DNA from: an uncultured Pseudomonadota bacterium
GTDB lineage: Bacteria > Pseudomonadota > Alphaproteobacteria > Rs-D84
DNA: 64,000 nucleotides
NCBI GenBank assembly: GCA_947307295.1
Contig: CAMZIQ010000001.1
Span: 40,968 to 104,967, forward strand
Direction: 5' to 3'
Shown here: positions 30,135 through 40,411 of the stretch, in pieces
How the letters are laid out: each line of letters begins with the position of its first letter
Numbering within the stretch: the stretch's first letter is position 1
The notes under the pieces: generated by a model
The model's database searches: none
Told to the model about the DNA's origin: nothing
What the model saw: the letters and a program-made list of their open reading frames with translations, nothing else
Program-made: the position numbers and the translations under genes

Positions 30135-31757
30135 ATGGCAAAAGATATTATTTTTAACACGGATAAATTAGCAGCAGGTGTTGATAAATTGGCAAATGCC
30201 GTAAAAATAACTATGGGACCAAAGGGTCGTACTGTTGTGATTGAACGCGCCTATGGTGCACCAATCGCTACAAAAGACGGTGTGACTGTTGCAAAAGAAG
30301 TTTCTTTGAAAGACCCGACAGAAAACATCGGCGCAAAGATGATTCAAGAGGTTGCAAAACGTGCTGGCGATAGCGCTGGTGACGGAACAACAACCGCAAC
30401 TGTTTTGGCGCAACACCTTTTCAAAGAAGGTCGCCGCATGATAGCTGCAGGCATGAACCCTATGGATGTTAAACGCGGTATAGATATTGCTGTTGAAGCA
30501 GTAGTCAAAGATATTGAAAAACATGCTCGTCCTGTCAAAGATTCGTCTGAAATTGCCCAAGTTGCGACAATTTCTGCGAACAACGATAAAGACATCGGAC
30601 AAAAAATTGCAGATGCGATGGAAAAGGTCGGCAAAGAAGGTGTTATCACCGTTCAAGAAGCAAAGGGTCTGGATACAGAAATTGATGTAGTCGAAGGCAT
30701 GCAATTTGACCAAGGTTTCATGTCACCTTATTTTGTCACAAACAGCGAAAAAATGTTGGCTGAATTAGACGGCGCACAAATTTTGGTTTCAGAAAAGAAA
30801 ATTTCTGGATTGCAAGCATTACTTCCTATATTGGAACCAATCGCTCAACAAGGACGTCCATTATTGATTATCGCTGAAGATATTGAAAGCGAAGCTTTGG
30901 CAACTTTGGTATTAAATAAATTGCGTGGCGGATTAAAAGTCTGCGCAGTCAAAGCCCCAGGCTTTGGTGATCGCCGCAAAGAAATGCTGAAAGATATTGC
31001 TATTGTCACCGGCGCAACAGTTATATCTGATGATATGGGTATGACTTTTGAAAACATAACACCTGCGGTTTTGGGTTCTGCGAAACGCGTTGTTGTTTCC
31101 AAAGACAAAACTTTGTTGGTAAATGGTAATGGCGACAAAGATATGATAAATGCACGCGCTGATGAAATCCGCAAATCAATCAAAGATTCAACCAGTGATT
31201 ATGACCGCGAAAAATTGGCTGAAAGATTGGCTAAATTGGTCGGCGGTGTCGCAGTTATCCATGTTGGTGGTATGACCGAAGTCGAAGTTAAAGAAAAGAA
31301 AGACCGTGTTGATGATGCTCTGTCTGCAACTCGCGCAGCTGTCGAAGATGGTATTGTTGCGGGTGGTGGTGTCGCTTTGGTCCGCGCTGTCGAATCATTG
31401 AAAAATTTAAAAGGTGCAAACGCAGATCAAACAGTTGGTATAGATATCGTTCGTCGCGCGATTATTGCACCATGTATGCAGATTGCGGAAAACGCAGGTG
31501 TATCTGGTGAAATCGTTGTTGGAAAAATAAGTGAAAAATCTGACTATAATTTTGGATATAACGCACAAACCGACGAATACGTTGATATGATGAAATCAGG
31601 CATCATTGACCCAGCCAAAGTTGTTAAAACTGCTATTATGGCGGCGGCTTCGACTGCTGGCGTATTGCTAACAACTGGCGCTGTTATGTCCGAAATTCCG
31701 GAAGAAAAACATTGCTGTGGTGGACAAAACAATCCATCAATGCCAGGAATGATGTAA
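30135..31757 (+). CDS. groEL: chaperonin GroEL
   Basis: Full length; [30 protein letters not shown]. Long collinear matches to Rickettsia-type GroEL as recalled. Atypical C-terminus [15 protein letters not shown]. Confidence 0.97.
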   Translation: MAKDIIFNTDKLAAGVDKLANAVKITMGPKGRTVVIERAYGAPIATKDGVTVAKEVSLKDPTENIGAKMIQEVAKRAGDSAGDGTTTATVLAQHLFKEGRRMIAAGMNPMDVKRGIDIAVEAVVKDIEKHARPVKDSSEIAQVATISANNDKDIGQKIADAMEKVGKEGVITVQEAKGLDTEIDVVEGMQFDQGFMSPYFVTNSEKMLAELDGAQILVSEKKISGLQALLPILEPIAQQGRPLLIIAEDIESEALATLVLNKLRGGLKVCAVKAPGFGDRRKEMLKDIAIVTGATVISDDMGMTFENITPAVLGSAKRVVVSKDKTLLVNGNGDKDMINARADEIRKSIKDSTSDYDREKLAERLAKLVGGVAVIHVGGMTEVEVKEKKDRVDDALSATRAAVEDGIVAGGGVALVRAVESLKNLKGANADQTVGIDIVRRAIIAPCMQIAENAGVSGEIVVGKISEKSDYNFGYNAQTDEYVDMMKSGIIDPAKVVKTAIMAAASTAGVLLTTGAVMSEIPEEKHCCGGQNNPSMPGMM

Positions 31758-31767
31758 AATCATTTAA

Positions 31768-31799
31768 TAAAAAAATCCCGCCCAGGCGGGATTTTTTAT
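31768..31799 (+). terminator. bidirectional rho-independent terminator (groEL / convergent GNAT gene)
   Basis: atcccgcccaggcgggat hairpin with A-run and T-run flanks. Confidence 0.7.
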
Positions 31800-32575
31800 T
31801 TAACCTTGTCCAAAGCCCGCTCTAATTTACAACGACAAAGTCTTAATTTATTTTTGTCCTGTTCGTGATTTAACCACATTTTATTTTCGGTGTCTGTTTT
31901 GATTATAACACCATCTATTTCGCTATCTCTGTTAAGATACGCAAAAATCGGGTTGTATTTATTTTTCTGCAAATAATGATTATTCACAGTGACATTAAGT
32001 TTTACATCAAAATCTTTTTTTACCCATTGGAACACTGGCACAACCTTATTCGCACACGGCACCAAATTTTTTTCCATATCTCCAAAATATGCGTATCCAT
32101 TCTTCTCGTAAAAACCTACAGCACTTTTTAATGGGGTAAGAACCACCTTTGAAGACATTAAAGCCGCTGTTTCTTCAAAAGCCTTTAATAACTGTGTCCC
32201 TATTCCAGATTTGTGATATTTCGGCAAGACATATAAATGTTCCAAAAAAGTTTCTTTTGAATACACAGAATATAATTCACTGGATTTTTCAAAAGCGAAC
32301 CCTTGGATAAACCCGACCATTTTTTCTTCTGCATACGCAGCGAAAGCAAAATTATGTTTCCATTGTCCCAGGTTTCTGGCAAAATCGCGCAAATACGTTG
32401 CAACAACATCTTCTGAAACATACAGATTAAACATTTCACGATTGCAAAAGTTTTCAACATACACAAAATCAGTCCAAACACCCTTAGCGGACTGATTAAA
32501 AATAGGAACAATATCAAAATTTATATTTTTATTTGCCATTGACAGAATACTAAAATCCGCTTTATTCTTTGTCAA
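31796..32575 (-). CDS. GNAT family acetyltransferase-like protein (259 aa)
   Basis: GNAT core motif region (HKSGIGTQLLKAFEE…FYEKNGYAY). Confidence 0.6.
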   Translation of the reverse strand: MTKNKADFSILSMANKNINFDIVPIFNQSAKGVWTDFVYVENFCNREMFNLYVSEDVVATYLRDFARNLGQWKHNFAFAAYAEEKMVGFIQGFAFEKSSELYSVYSKETFLEHLYVLPKYHKSGIGTQLLKAFEETAALMSSKVVLTPLKSAVGFYEKNGYAYFGDMEKNLVPCANKVVPVFQWVKKDFDVKLNVTVNNHYLQKNKYNPIFAYLNRDSEIDGVIIKTDTENKMWLNHEQDKNKLRLCRCKLERALDKVK

Positions 32576-32639
32576 GGAAGCATCTTAAAATTTGCAAAAC
32601 TTCTTTTTTTTGATAATATGGCTACATAAAGGAATTTTT

Positions 32640-33398
32640 ATGTCAAAAGGTTTTAGAAAAGTTTGGAAAAATTTTTGGACCCCTATATTACACAATTCTG
32701 TTATCCAATGGACATTGGTTATAATACTGGCAGGATTAACATGGTTCATATTTTTAACTTCTAAACACCGTTTTGTAAACACAAAGTCTTTGAAAAAATA
32801 TCGTGAAACACCTGCGGTTTTTGTATTTTTTCACGGACGTTGTGCGATGCTGTCCCCTGTTATAAAATCAGCCAGGGTAAAATCTTATTGTGTCGCATCA
32901 CGTCACAAAGATGGTCGAATGATGGCACGTTTGCAAAGATTATTTGGTCTGCGGGCGATTTATGGTTCGACATCTGACGGTGCTGTTGCCGTTTTACGCG
33001 AAGGCGTCCGTATCATGCATGAAAAAAATATATCTGTGTGTGTCCCGGTCGATGGTCCATCTGGCCCATCTATGCACGTCCAAGATGGCGCATTATATTT
33101 CGCAAAAATGACAGGCGCACCAATTATACCTTGTTGTTTTTCTTGTTCGCGACCAATATATTTGGATAGATGGGATAAATTTATGATACCAAAATTATTT
33201 GGAACTATTTCTTGCCGTATCGGCGACCCTATATACATAGATTCTAAATTACGTGGCGAAGCATTCGAACAAAAACGTGCAGAGATAGAAGAAATCATGG
33301 TGAAACAATTACGCGAAATGGACGCTGAATTTAAACTGCCTGAAATTCCACGTGGTATCCATGCTACAGAATACAAAAAACATAACCGCAATAAATAA
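32640..33398 (+). CDS. hypothetical membrane-associated protein (possibly a DUF374/acyltransferase-like lipid biosynthesis accessory protein)
   Basis: N-terminal TM helix and a PVDGPSGPS motif. The start was chosen at MSKGFRK; low-confidence functional guess. Confidence 0.4.
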   Translation: MSKGFRKVWKNFWTPILHNSVIQWTLVIILAGLTWFIFLTSKHRFVNTKSLKKYRETPAVFVFFHGRCAMLSPVIKSARVKSYCVASRHKDGRMMARLQRLFGLRAIYGSTSDGAVAVLREGVRIMHEKNISVCVPVDGPSGPSMHVQDGALYFAKMTGAPIIPCCFSCSRPIYLDRWDKFMIPKLFGTISCRIGDPIYIDSKLRGEAFEQKRAEIEEIMVKQLREMDAEFKLPEIPRGIHATEYKKHNRNK

Positions 33399-33426
33399 AA
33401 AAAAACAACACGATAAAAAAACCAAG

Positions 33427-33450
33427 GACCGCAATTAAGCGGTCCTTTTG
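33427..33450 (+). terminator. rho-independent terminator
   Basis: ggaccgcaattaagcggtcc hairpin plus TTTT. Confidence 0.6.
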
Positions 33451-33611
33451 ATATTCAGTATTTCTGGAAGGAAGGAAACCTTTAGAGAATCTGAACTTTA
33501 TCGGTATAACATTCACAGGTCTAACATCTGCGAATATTAACCTTGTATTCTCAGCATACCTTATAAAAACCAGAAAGCAAGTTTTTATTTTCAAAAAAGA
33601 ATACATTTTCA

Positions 33612-33639
33612 TAAAAAATCAAGGGCGCGATTGCGCCCC
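33612..33639 (-). terminator. rho-independent terminator of the autotransporter gene
   Basis: gggcgcgattgcgcccc hairpin with a T-run on the minus strand. Confidence 0.6.
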
Positions 33640-33660
33640 GATTTCGTTTCAATCTTAGGA

Positions 33661-36600
33661 TTAAAAGTTATATCTGAATTTCAACATACCTGTTTGAGAT
33701 GTGTAATCTTTACGAACATCTATATCATAATTGATAGAGAAATCCATTGCACGATATTTCATACCCAAACCGATACCAAATTCACCACCCAAACGATTCA
33801 AACGTTCACCACGCAAAGTATAAGAATCTACACCTGGCATTGTGACGGTTGCAACGTTTTTATCAGACAACATATCGTATTTGATTGCAGCATTTAATTG
33901 AGGGATAAATGTTGTATATTTATCAGCAACTACATTAAACGCATACTTTGCACCCAAAACGCCTGTTAAGAAATCTGTATCTTTGGATTTAATTTTAGAC
34001 CCAAAAGAATCAGTATAATCACTAGCATTTACATGCAAATAACGCAATCCCAATTCAGGTGTCACACCACTTGCAAAATTATATCCTGTCGCAACAGTAC
34101 CACCAAACGCATTAACGTCATAGTCAGCAGTTTTTGCAGTTCCCAAAACATCAGCTGTTTCAGAGAAATCAGACCAAGTATAATTGGCAACAGCATTCAC
34201 ATACCATTCTGCTGGCTTATATTGACCGTACAAGAATACTGTGTTGCTGTCGATTTCTGTATCACGTACAGAAGTGATATCAGAATGAGCAAACGAATAA
34301 CCTGCTCCAACTTTCCAAACTTTGTTGATTGTTCCGTCCATACCTGCTGCGATTCCACGGGTATATCCGCTGAACGCATCATCTTGTTTAGATTTATTGA
34401 ACAAGCCCTGTGCCCAAACACCACCAGATGTAAAGTTCACATCACCACCACTACGTCCAATCGTTGGCGCAGCCATACGAGCACCAGCCAAATTTGCTAC
34501 AGTAGTTTGAACCGAAGTAGCAACAGATTGTTTTACAGATTCATTTTCCGGATGCACCGCCTTGGCAGCATGTTCAACTTCTTGTTGTGCAATTGGTGTT
34601 GCTTCTGCCAACTTTTCTTGCATCTTTTCAGCAACTTCGTTCAACTTTTCAGACGAAGATTGTGACATACCCAAAATCGCAGCAGCACTGTTTTCAGACA
34701 AATTATTTTCTTCTGCAATTGCCTCAACAGATTTCAAAGTTGCTGTCACATCCTTGTCTTCATTTGTCCATGACAAATCATAAATTGTACTGGAAACTCT
34801 ATTTTTTGCACTTGCTAAAACTTTGTCACCAAACACATGATAAGTTCCTGCATCATTGAATATCAAAGACAATGTTCCATCACCAGCAAAAGCATCTGTC
34901 GCTGTTAATTGAGCATCACCACTTCTGACTGTTGCAATCAAAGTTCCAGCCAAATCAATTGTACCTTGGTTAATAGATGCAGTTCCGATATTCAAAGTTG
35001 CACCATTTGCGATTGACAATGTTCCATCACCAGTAATACCACCATCCATTGTGGTTGTTCCAGATGCAACTGTCAAAGAACCAACATTATGAATATCATT
35101 AGCTAAACCATTTGCTGTATTACCAGTAAATGTATTTGTCCCAGCCAAAGTAATATCACCAACATTGTAAATAGCGCCACCGTTTGTAGTTGCTGTATTA
35201 CCAGTAAACGTCACGCCATTTATACGTGCGCCATACTTTGTCACAACATTTCCTTCATCAACAGTATTGGACAAAGAATTTGCAATCGCACCACCATAAA
35301 CAGCGTTGTTTGTTGTAAATGTGCCACCATTTACTGCCAAAGAAGATTTCGCACCTGGTTGAGCGGACGAAATTCCACGTGTAGAAATCGCACCACCCCA
35401 AGTACCAGATTCATTAGATGTAAATGTAGAATTTGTTATGGTCGCAACACTGTCATCATACATAAATATTGCACCACCACCTTCATTAGAATCTGTTGAA
35501 TTTACCCCGATTACTGTACCGGTCGTCTGGTTTCCTTCAAATGCAGAACCTGTCACATTTAATATAGCATCAGAAATGATTGCTCCACCTTCTGCACCTG
35601 CTGTATTATCTGTGAAAGTGCTGTTCAAAATATCTATGGTCATACCTTGTGAATATTTATTATTGGCAAACGCCGTAATACCCATTTGACCAATCGCACC
35701 ACCAGCAGTATCTGACAGGTTGTCTTCAAATGAAGTATTGGTGATAGTCAATGTTTTCACTTTACTGGCTGCATTTTCAGGCGTAGATTGATTTGTTATA
35801 CTGCCCGATACAAGTAATGCACCACCAATTGCTACGTCTCCACCATTGGCATGGTTGTTATTAAATAATAAATTATCCAAAACAGCACTTACATTTACAC
35901 TAGATGACAAAGCGCCACCTTGTTGTGCAGTATTTCCTGTAAATTCAACACCGTTATTGATAACAAATCCATTACCGTCATAAACCGTGCCAGCCAAAGC
36001 CAAAGCACCACCTGTATTAAATGCTTTATTATCAATGAATTTTACACCAGTACCAAATGTAGGAGTTGACCCGACAGCACTGATATAAACCGCACCACCA
36101 TTTCCTTTTGTAGATGTGGCACCTGTTCCATCAAGATTAGCAAAACCTGCTTTGTTTTCTCTGAATATAACATTATTACCTATATGTAAATTTCCATCTT
36201 TGCCAGGATTGCTTGCTGGACTCAGTCCGCCGGATGTCAAAGCACCACCACCTGCTGTCTTTGCAAGGTTATTTGTAAATGTTGTTCCATCTGCTATGGT
36301 CAAAGTATTTTGGTCTCCAGCAATAGCGCCGCCGCCAGAACCGCCGCTAAAAGACGAAACATTTTGTTCAAACGAACCAGACACGGTCACATTACCGCCG
36401 CCTGACAAACTTACAACAGCACCTCTTGATGCTGTATTTCCTGTAAATGTCCCATCTATATTTGCCTCAGAAGCCAAAATATAAAATACAGATTTTTGAT
36501 TATTTTCAGCTTCTATATTTGTCGCAACAAGATTAACATTTTCGCCATAGACCAAACTATAAGCTCCGCTGTTGCCTTCGAAATGCACATTATCAAGAAC

Positions 36601-37563
36601 TATATTATTCTTTGTTGTAGAACTGCTGTTATCCGCATATATAAACGCACCATTAACCGCACTATTAAACCCAGATACATTTACATTTCTTACTGTTAAA
36701 TCTGTATTTGGGCTAACAGATAAATTATCAGTAAAAGCCGTCACCTGACCATTTGAAATAGTGTATGCCTTAGAATTCGTTTCCAACGTCGGACTAGCTT
36801 TCAAATCTGTTGGTGTCGTATCATAAGCAGCATAATATTCTTTGCCATCTATTATATAAGTATCATGTGGCTTCGCATTTATCGTATAAGTAAACAACTC
36901 ATGTTCTTTGATTGTATAATGTCCTTCGCCGTCAGAAACAAATCCATCCAAAGCTACTTGATAAGAGCTACTAGAACTTTTTGTAGAATAAAACTTTGTT
37001 GTCGTTGTAATATCTTCTGGTGTAGGGTTAGCTTGATTTACATACGCATAAACCAAATTGTTGTTTTCATCTCTAAACGCAACATATTTACCAGAACTGT
37101 TTTCTGCAGAATAAGTTAATGTCTTTGTAGTTCCTTCCGCATCTATAGAACATTTTGGCTCTGCATTAGTACCAAACTTCATATAAACTGTTCCAATTTC
37201 TTCAGTTCTTTCATAATCAGAATATATCGCACTTCCCACATTTATAGAAGAATAATAAAACACAGTGTCTGTTCCATCCATTGTTGCCCTATACACAGTA
37301 TAAGAACTTGATTTTTCAGGCAACGCAACAGGAGTATTCAAAACAGATATATTGTGATTACCGCCATCTATAACCGTGTTAGAATTAACGGTGTTATATG
37401 GTGTATTAAAAGAAATATCCCCTGCTAAATTAATATTTCCACCATTTGTTAGTGCTGTATTAAAATCTGCCACATTAGCGACATTCACAGCCATTGCAGG
37501 CATCACCAATAATGCTGGTAATACAGAAACACCAACTAATAAGTTGTGAAATTTTTTATTCAT
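33661..37563 (-). CDS. type Va autotransporter with a Pmp/Sca-like passenger (GGA[IL] and FxxN repeat motifs) and a C-terminal beta-barrel translocator
   Basis: Signal peptide MNKKFHNLLVGVSVLPALLVMPAMA. Many passenger motifs such as GGAI, FTDN, FTSN, FTGN. The C-terminal ~280 aa are beta-barrel-like and end in …FRYNF. Confidence 0.75.
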   Translation of the reverse strand: MNKKFHNLLVGVSVLPALLVMPAMAVNVANVADFNTALTNGGNINLAGDISFNTPYNTVNSNTVIDGGNHNISVLNTPVALPEKSSSYTVYRATMDGTDTVFYYSSINVGSAIYSDYERTEEIGTVYMKFGTNAEPKCSIDAEGTTKTLTYSAENSSGKYVAFRDENNNLVYAYVNQANPTPEDITTTTKFYSTKSSSSSYQVALDGFVSDGEGHYTIKEHELFTYTINAKPHDTYIIDGKEYYAAYDTTPTDLKASPTLETNSKAYTISNGQVTAFTDNLSVSPNTDLTVRNVNVSGFNSAVNGAFIYADNSSSTTKNNIVLDNVHFEGNSGAYSLVYGENVNLVATNIEAENNQKSVFYILASEANIDGTFTGNTASRGAVVSLSGGGNVTVSGSFEQNVSSFSGGSGGGAIAGDQNTLTIADGTTFTNNLAKTAGGGALTSGGLSPASNPGKDGNLHIGNNVIFRENKAGFANLDGTGATSTKGNGGAVYISAVGSTPTFGTGVKFIDNKAFNTGGALALAGTVYDGNGFVINNGVEFTGNTAQQGGALSSSVNVSAVLDNLLFNNNHANGGDVAIGGALLVSGSITNQSTPENAASKVKTLTITNTSFEDNLSDTAGGAIGQMGITAFANNKYSQGMTIDILNSTFTDNTAGAEGGAIISDAILNVTGSAFEGNQTTGTVIGVNSTDSNEGGGAIFMYDDSVATITNSTFTSNESGTWGGAISTRGISSAQPGAKSSLAVNGGTFTTNNAVYGGAIANSLSNTVDEGNVVTKYGARINGVTFTGNTATTNGGAIYNVGDITLAGTNTFTGNTANGLANDIHNVGSLTVASGTTTMDGGITGDGTLSIANGATLNIGTASINQGTIDLAGTLIATVRSGDAQLTATDAFAGDGTLSLIFNDAGTYHVFGDKVLASAKNRVSSTIYDLSWTNEDKDVTATLKSVEAIAEENNLSENSAAAILGMSQSSSEKLNEVAEKMQEKLAEATPIAQQEVEHAAKAVHPENESVKQSVATSVQTTVANLAGARMAAPTIGRSGGDVNFTSGGVWAQGLFNKSKQDDAFSGYTRGIAAGMDGTINKVWKVGAGYSFAHSDITSVRDTEIDSNTVFLYGQYKPAEWYVNAVANYTWSDFSETADVLGTAKTADYDVNAFGGTVATGYNFASGVTPELGLRYLHVNASDYTDSFGSKIKSKDTDFLTGVLGAKYAFNVVADKYTTFIPQLNAAIKYDMLSDKNVATVTMPGVDSYTLRGERLNRLGGEFGIGLGMKYRAMDFSINYDIDVRKDYTSQTGMLKFRYNF

Positions 37564-37631
37564 TATAAAATCTCCTTTCTTCATACATATAAAATGTTAT
37601 CACATTATTTTGATAAATCAAATCATCATTA

Positions 37632-37655
37632 TAAAAAATGTCCCGGTTGGGACAT
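37632..37655 (-). terminator. rho-independent terminator (hairpin atgtcccggttgggacat)
   Basis: Hairpin flanked by an A-run (plus), which is a T-run on the minus strand; downstream of 37661..38395. Confidence 0.55.
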
Positions 37656-37660
37656 TTTTC

Positions 37661-38395
37661 TTATTTGTTGTTTTTAAAATACAATTTTGCATATTCTGCC
37701 ATCACATTTATCATCATTCCTCGATAACCGAATTTATCCCAATTATGTGAAGCTGTTTCCAATTCCACCCTGAAATCTTCAAAAGAAGCCTGTTCCCAAT
37801 CTATAAAGAAAGTGATATCAAACGTTTTTGTATCCAACATAAAATTTTGCCAAATATCTTTTTGAAACCACCCATACAAAAAACCAGGTTTGTCTTCGGG
37901 GTCAGATTTCAAATCACGAAGTTCCACCGGATCACTTTTACCAATTACATACAAAAAATTAGCAATTTGTTTTGCGATATGTACCTGATGTTGCCCAATA
38001 ACAGATGGCTTCACATCTGTTAACAATGTTCCGTGTGCAAATTCATATTTGCGCACATAGATGTTTTTATAAGGGATTATTTTCATCAGCGGTATTTTAA
38101 TTGGCGAAATTCCATAGAAAGCATCAACTATGCGTTTTTCACGAATTGCGACATCTTTTCCATCTGTTAAAAGAGGAAACTTAAACACATGTTTATTATT
38201 TAAAATCACAACAAAATTTTTACAACCATATCCAACCATAGTTTTTATTTTGCGTTGCTTCATATTTTTAGCAAAATGACGGACAAAACGAATATATTCG
38301 CGAATCTGCGGATAACGAATCATCGTCCGCACTTTGTCACGCAAAGGTTTAGACCATATAAAACCACATACTATATTAGATATAAAATGTCGCAT
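37661..38395 (-). CDS. small atypical kinase-fold protein (Kdo/WaaP/choline-kinase-like?), 244 aa
   Basis: Choline-kinase-like FIDWEQASF motif and a degenerate catalytic-loop-like QKDIWQN; lysine in HVFKFP. Weak. Confidence 0.35.
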   Translation of the reverse strand: MRHFISNIVCGFIWSKPLRDKVRTMIRYPQIREYIRFVRHFAKNMKQRKIKTMVGYGCKNFVVILNNKHVFKFPLLTDGKDVAIREKRIVDAFYGISPIKIPLMKIIPYKNIYVRKYEFAHGTLLTDVKPSVIGQHQVHIAKQIANFLYVIGKSDPVELRDLKSDPEDKPGFLYGWFQKDIWQNFMLDTKTFDITFFIDWEQASFEDFRVELETASHNWDKFGYRGMMINVMAEYAKLYFKNNK

Positions 38396-38477
38396 TTTTT
38401 GCCTTTTATTCTGATGAATATAATCATAGGATAAAAAATACCCTTATGCAAACCAAAAAACTATTACGTTCTTTGCA

Positions 38478-40385
38478 CTATTTTAATTTATACTTAAAAA
38501 CACGAATTCCGAACAAATCTACCTTTAGATAATTGTTATTAGATACATAATGTCTGTAAATCGGTATACCAAATATAGTATATTTCAAATTCCGTTTAAT
38601 TTTTGTATTAGATAAATATTCACAACTAATAACTTTCTGACCGATATAAGATTTTATTTCATTATAGATATTGTTATATTTGGTTTCACAAGACTTATTT
38701 GTGCCGATACATTCAAGAACTTTGCACAAAGAATATGCATCATCCCAACGATATGGTTTTTCACGAAATTCTGGTGTCCCCAGTCCATATAAAAAACCCT
38801 TTGTTTTTATCAAAAAATCTAATTCTTTATAATTTGATTTACGGACAGCCAATTGGAAATCTATTAATTTCACACGACCACCAGACAAGACCAAATTTTT
38901 CAAAGTAATATCCCGATGAACAACATCAGAATCTTTTAAGCATTTAAATATCTGATAAATATCATCCAACCAAATATTCCTTTGTTTATCAGATAATTTG
39001 TGAGTTTTTAAAAACTCGTGTAAATTTTCACCTTCTGTCCATTCGTATGCAACAAAATGTTCGTTTGGGCAATCTCGATAATACATCGGCCTAATAAAAT
39101 GAACTTTATCCATATCGTACAGAATTTTTCCCATCTGATATTCATTTACATATATGCCAGGGATATCGCTGATTTTTATAAACATACGTGTTCCGTCTGT
39201 ATCGTATCCAGATGCAAAGACATTGTATGCCGCGTTCACAGAATCAGTATAAACTGTTTGAACATTTTTAAAACCAAAATTTGATTCAAGATATTTTTTA
39301 TATTCATTAAATTTTACAAGCTTTTCAGAATAATACACAGACGTATCATCCGGACGTGTGAAATTATAATTATTTTTATTCATAAAACCAGTTAACAATT
39401 GAAAATACAAATCAAACGGTGATGCGTACTTTTTTACATCATATTTCTTATCCAGTTTTAATTTTTTGAACAAATCCGCTATTTTATCATAATAATCAGA
39501 AGCAATTTTTTGCTTATTAATTAAACAATGATAAATCAACATATAAAAATAATTTTCTGTATTTGGGACGCGTATTACATTTCCATAATATTCAAATGTT
39601 TTGAATATATTGTTATCCCATTTTTTATCATGATAGTTATTATTTATATCCCATAAATCAATGTAAATACCCTTATCTTTTACTTTTATTAAATAGTGTG
39701 GTCTTGGTCTGTCTGTGAAATGCGCCTGCCCGCCAACAATCCAACGCGCAGCATCATAATTTTGAACCATAATATCAATATCACCATGTTCAGAACTATT
39801 CAAAGTTTGTTCCAGATTTTCAAAACCACGTAAAACTATATAATCTGTTGTTGCATTTAATGTATAAAAAAACTGTTTCAAACTGTCCCAACCATGTGCA
39901 CCGGTTATATCACGATGAACAGTTTTTACTTTGCCATCCCATTTTTTCGGTAAAGATTTTTTCAAATCATCATAATTTAACCCCAATAATAACGCAGAAT
40001 CATGATTCGTTTCATTAACAGAATTTGTAGTATGAATTTTGTGTCCACCGCGCGTCCATTGTCTGTATTTTTGTTTCAATGAAAATATATTTACGTTCAC
40101 ACGTTCATGCCCACGCGAAGTTTCAACCATTTCATATTTTGGTTTATTATCACGAACCACCAACAACAAAAACCCAGTTGTGCCACATTCCTTTTCTTTT
40201 TCAGAACGATTAGGCAAATTCACCCCGTAAAATCTGCTGAAATTATCAGACACACAATCACAAGACCAATGGACATCATACGCAGCCATTATATCCAAAT
40301 GAGATTTAACATCTTCTATAATCTCATTTTCTTTATATCTTGCATTTGCCCAAAGGACTATAAGGTGTATTTCTGGATTTTTCAT
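38478..40385 (-). CDS. two-domain protein: N-terminal LicD/pol-beta-like nucleotidyltransferase-fold region fused to a eukaryotic-like protein kinase domain (635 aa)
   Basis: HGDIDIMV (DxD) motif in the N-terminal half. HRDITLKNLV catalytic loop and DFQ (DFG-like) in the C-terminal half. Confidence 0.5.
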   Translation of the reverse strand: MKNPEIHLIVLWANARYKENEIIEDVKSHLDIMAAYDVHWSCDCVSDNFSRFYGVNLPNRSEKEKECGTTGFLLLVVRDNKPKYEMVETSRGHERVNVNIFSLKQKYRQWTRGGHKIHTTNSVNETNHDSALLLGLNYDDLKKSLPKKWDGKVKTVHRDITGAHGWDSLKQFFYTLNATTDYIVLRGFENLEQTLNSSEHGDIDIMVQNYDAARWIVGGQAHFTDRPRPHYLIKVKDKGIYIDLWDINNNYHDKKWDNNIFKTFEYYGNVIRVPNTENYFYMLIYHCLINKQKIASDYYDKIADLFKKLKLDKKYDVKKYASPFDLYFQLLTGFMNKNNYNFTRPDDTSVYYSEKLVKFNEYKKYLESNFGFKNVQTVYTDSVNAAYNVFASGYDTDGTRMFIKISDIPGIYVNEYQMGKILYDMDKVHFIRPMYYRDCPNEHFVAYEWTEGENLHEFLKTHKLSDKQRNIWLDDIYQIFKCLKDSDVVHRDITLKNLVLSGGRVKLIDFQLAVRKSNYKELDFLIKTKGFLYGLGTPEFREKPYRWDDAYSLCKVLECIGTNKSCETKYNNIYNEIKSYIGQKVISCEYLSNTKIKRNLKYTIFGIPIYRHYVSNNNYLKVDLFGIRVFKYKLK

Positions 40386-40411
40386 ATTATTTTTCCATCA
40401 CAAAAGTTATA

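Noticed and set aside
33455-33600. SRP (4.5S) RNA, based on a GGAAGGAAG motif
   Set aside because: The flanking sequence does not reproduce the conserved helix-8 symmetric loops and pairing of SRP RNA. It is left as an unclassified sRNA candidate only.
34033-37119. Plus-strand ORFs (up to 210 aa) inside the autotransporter gene
   Set aside because: They are antisense shadow ORFs within a long, well-supported minus-strand CDS.
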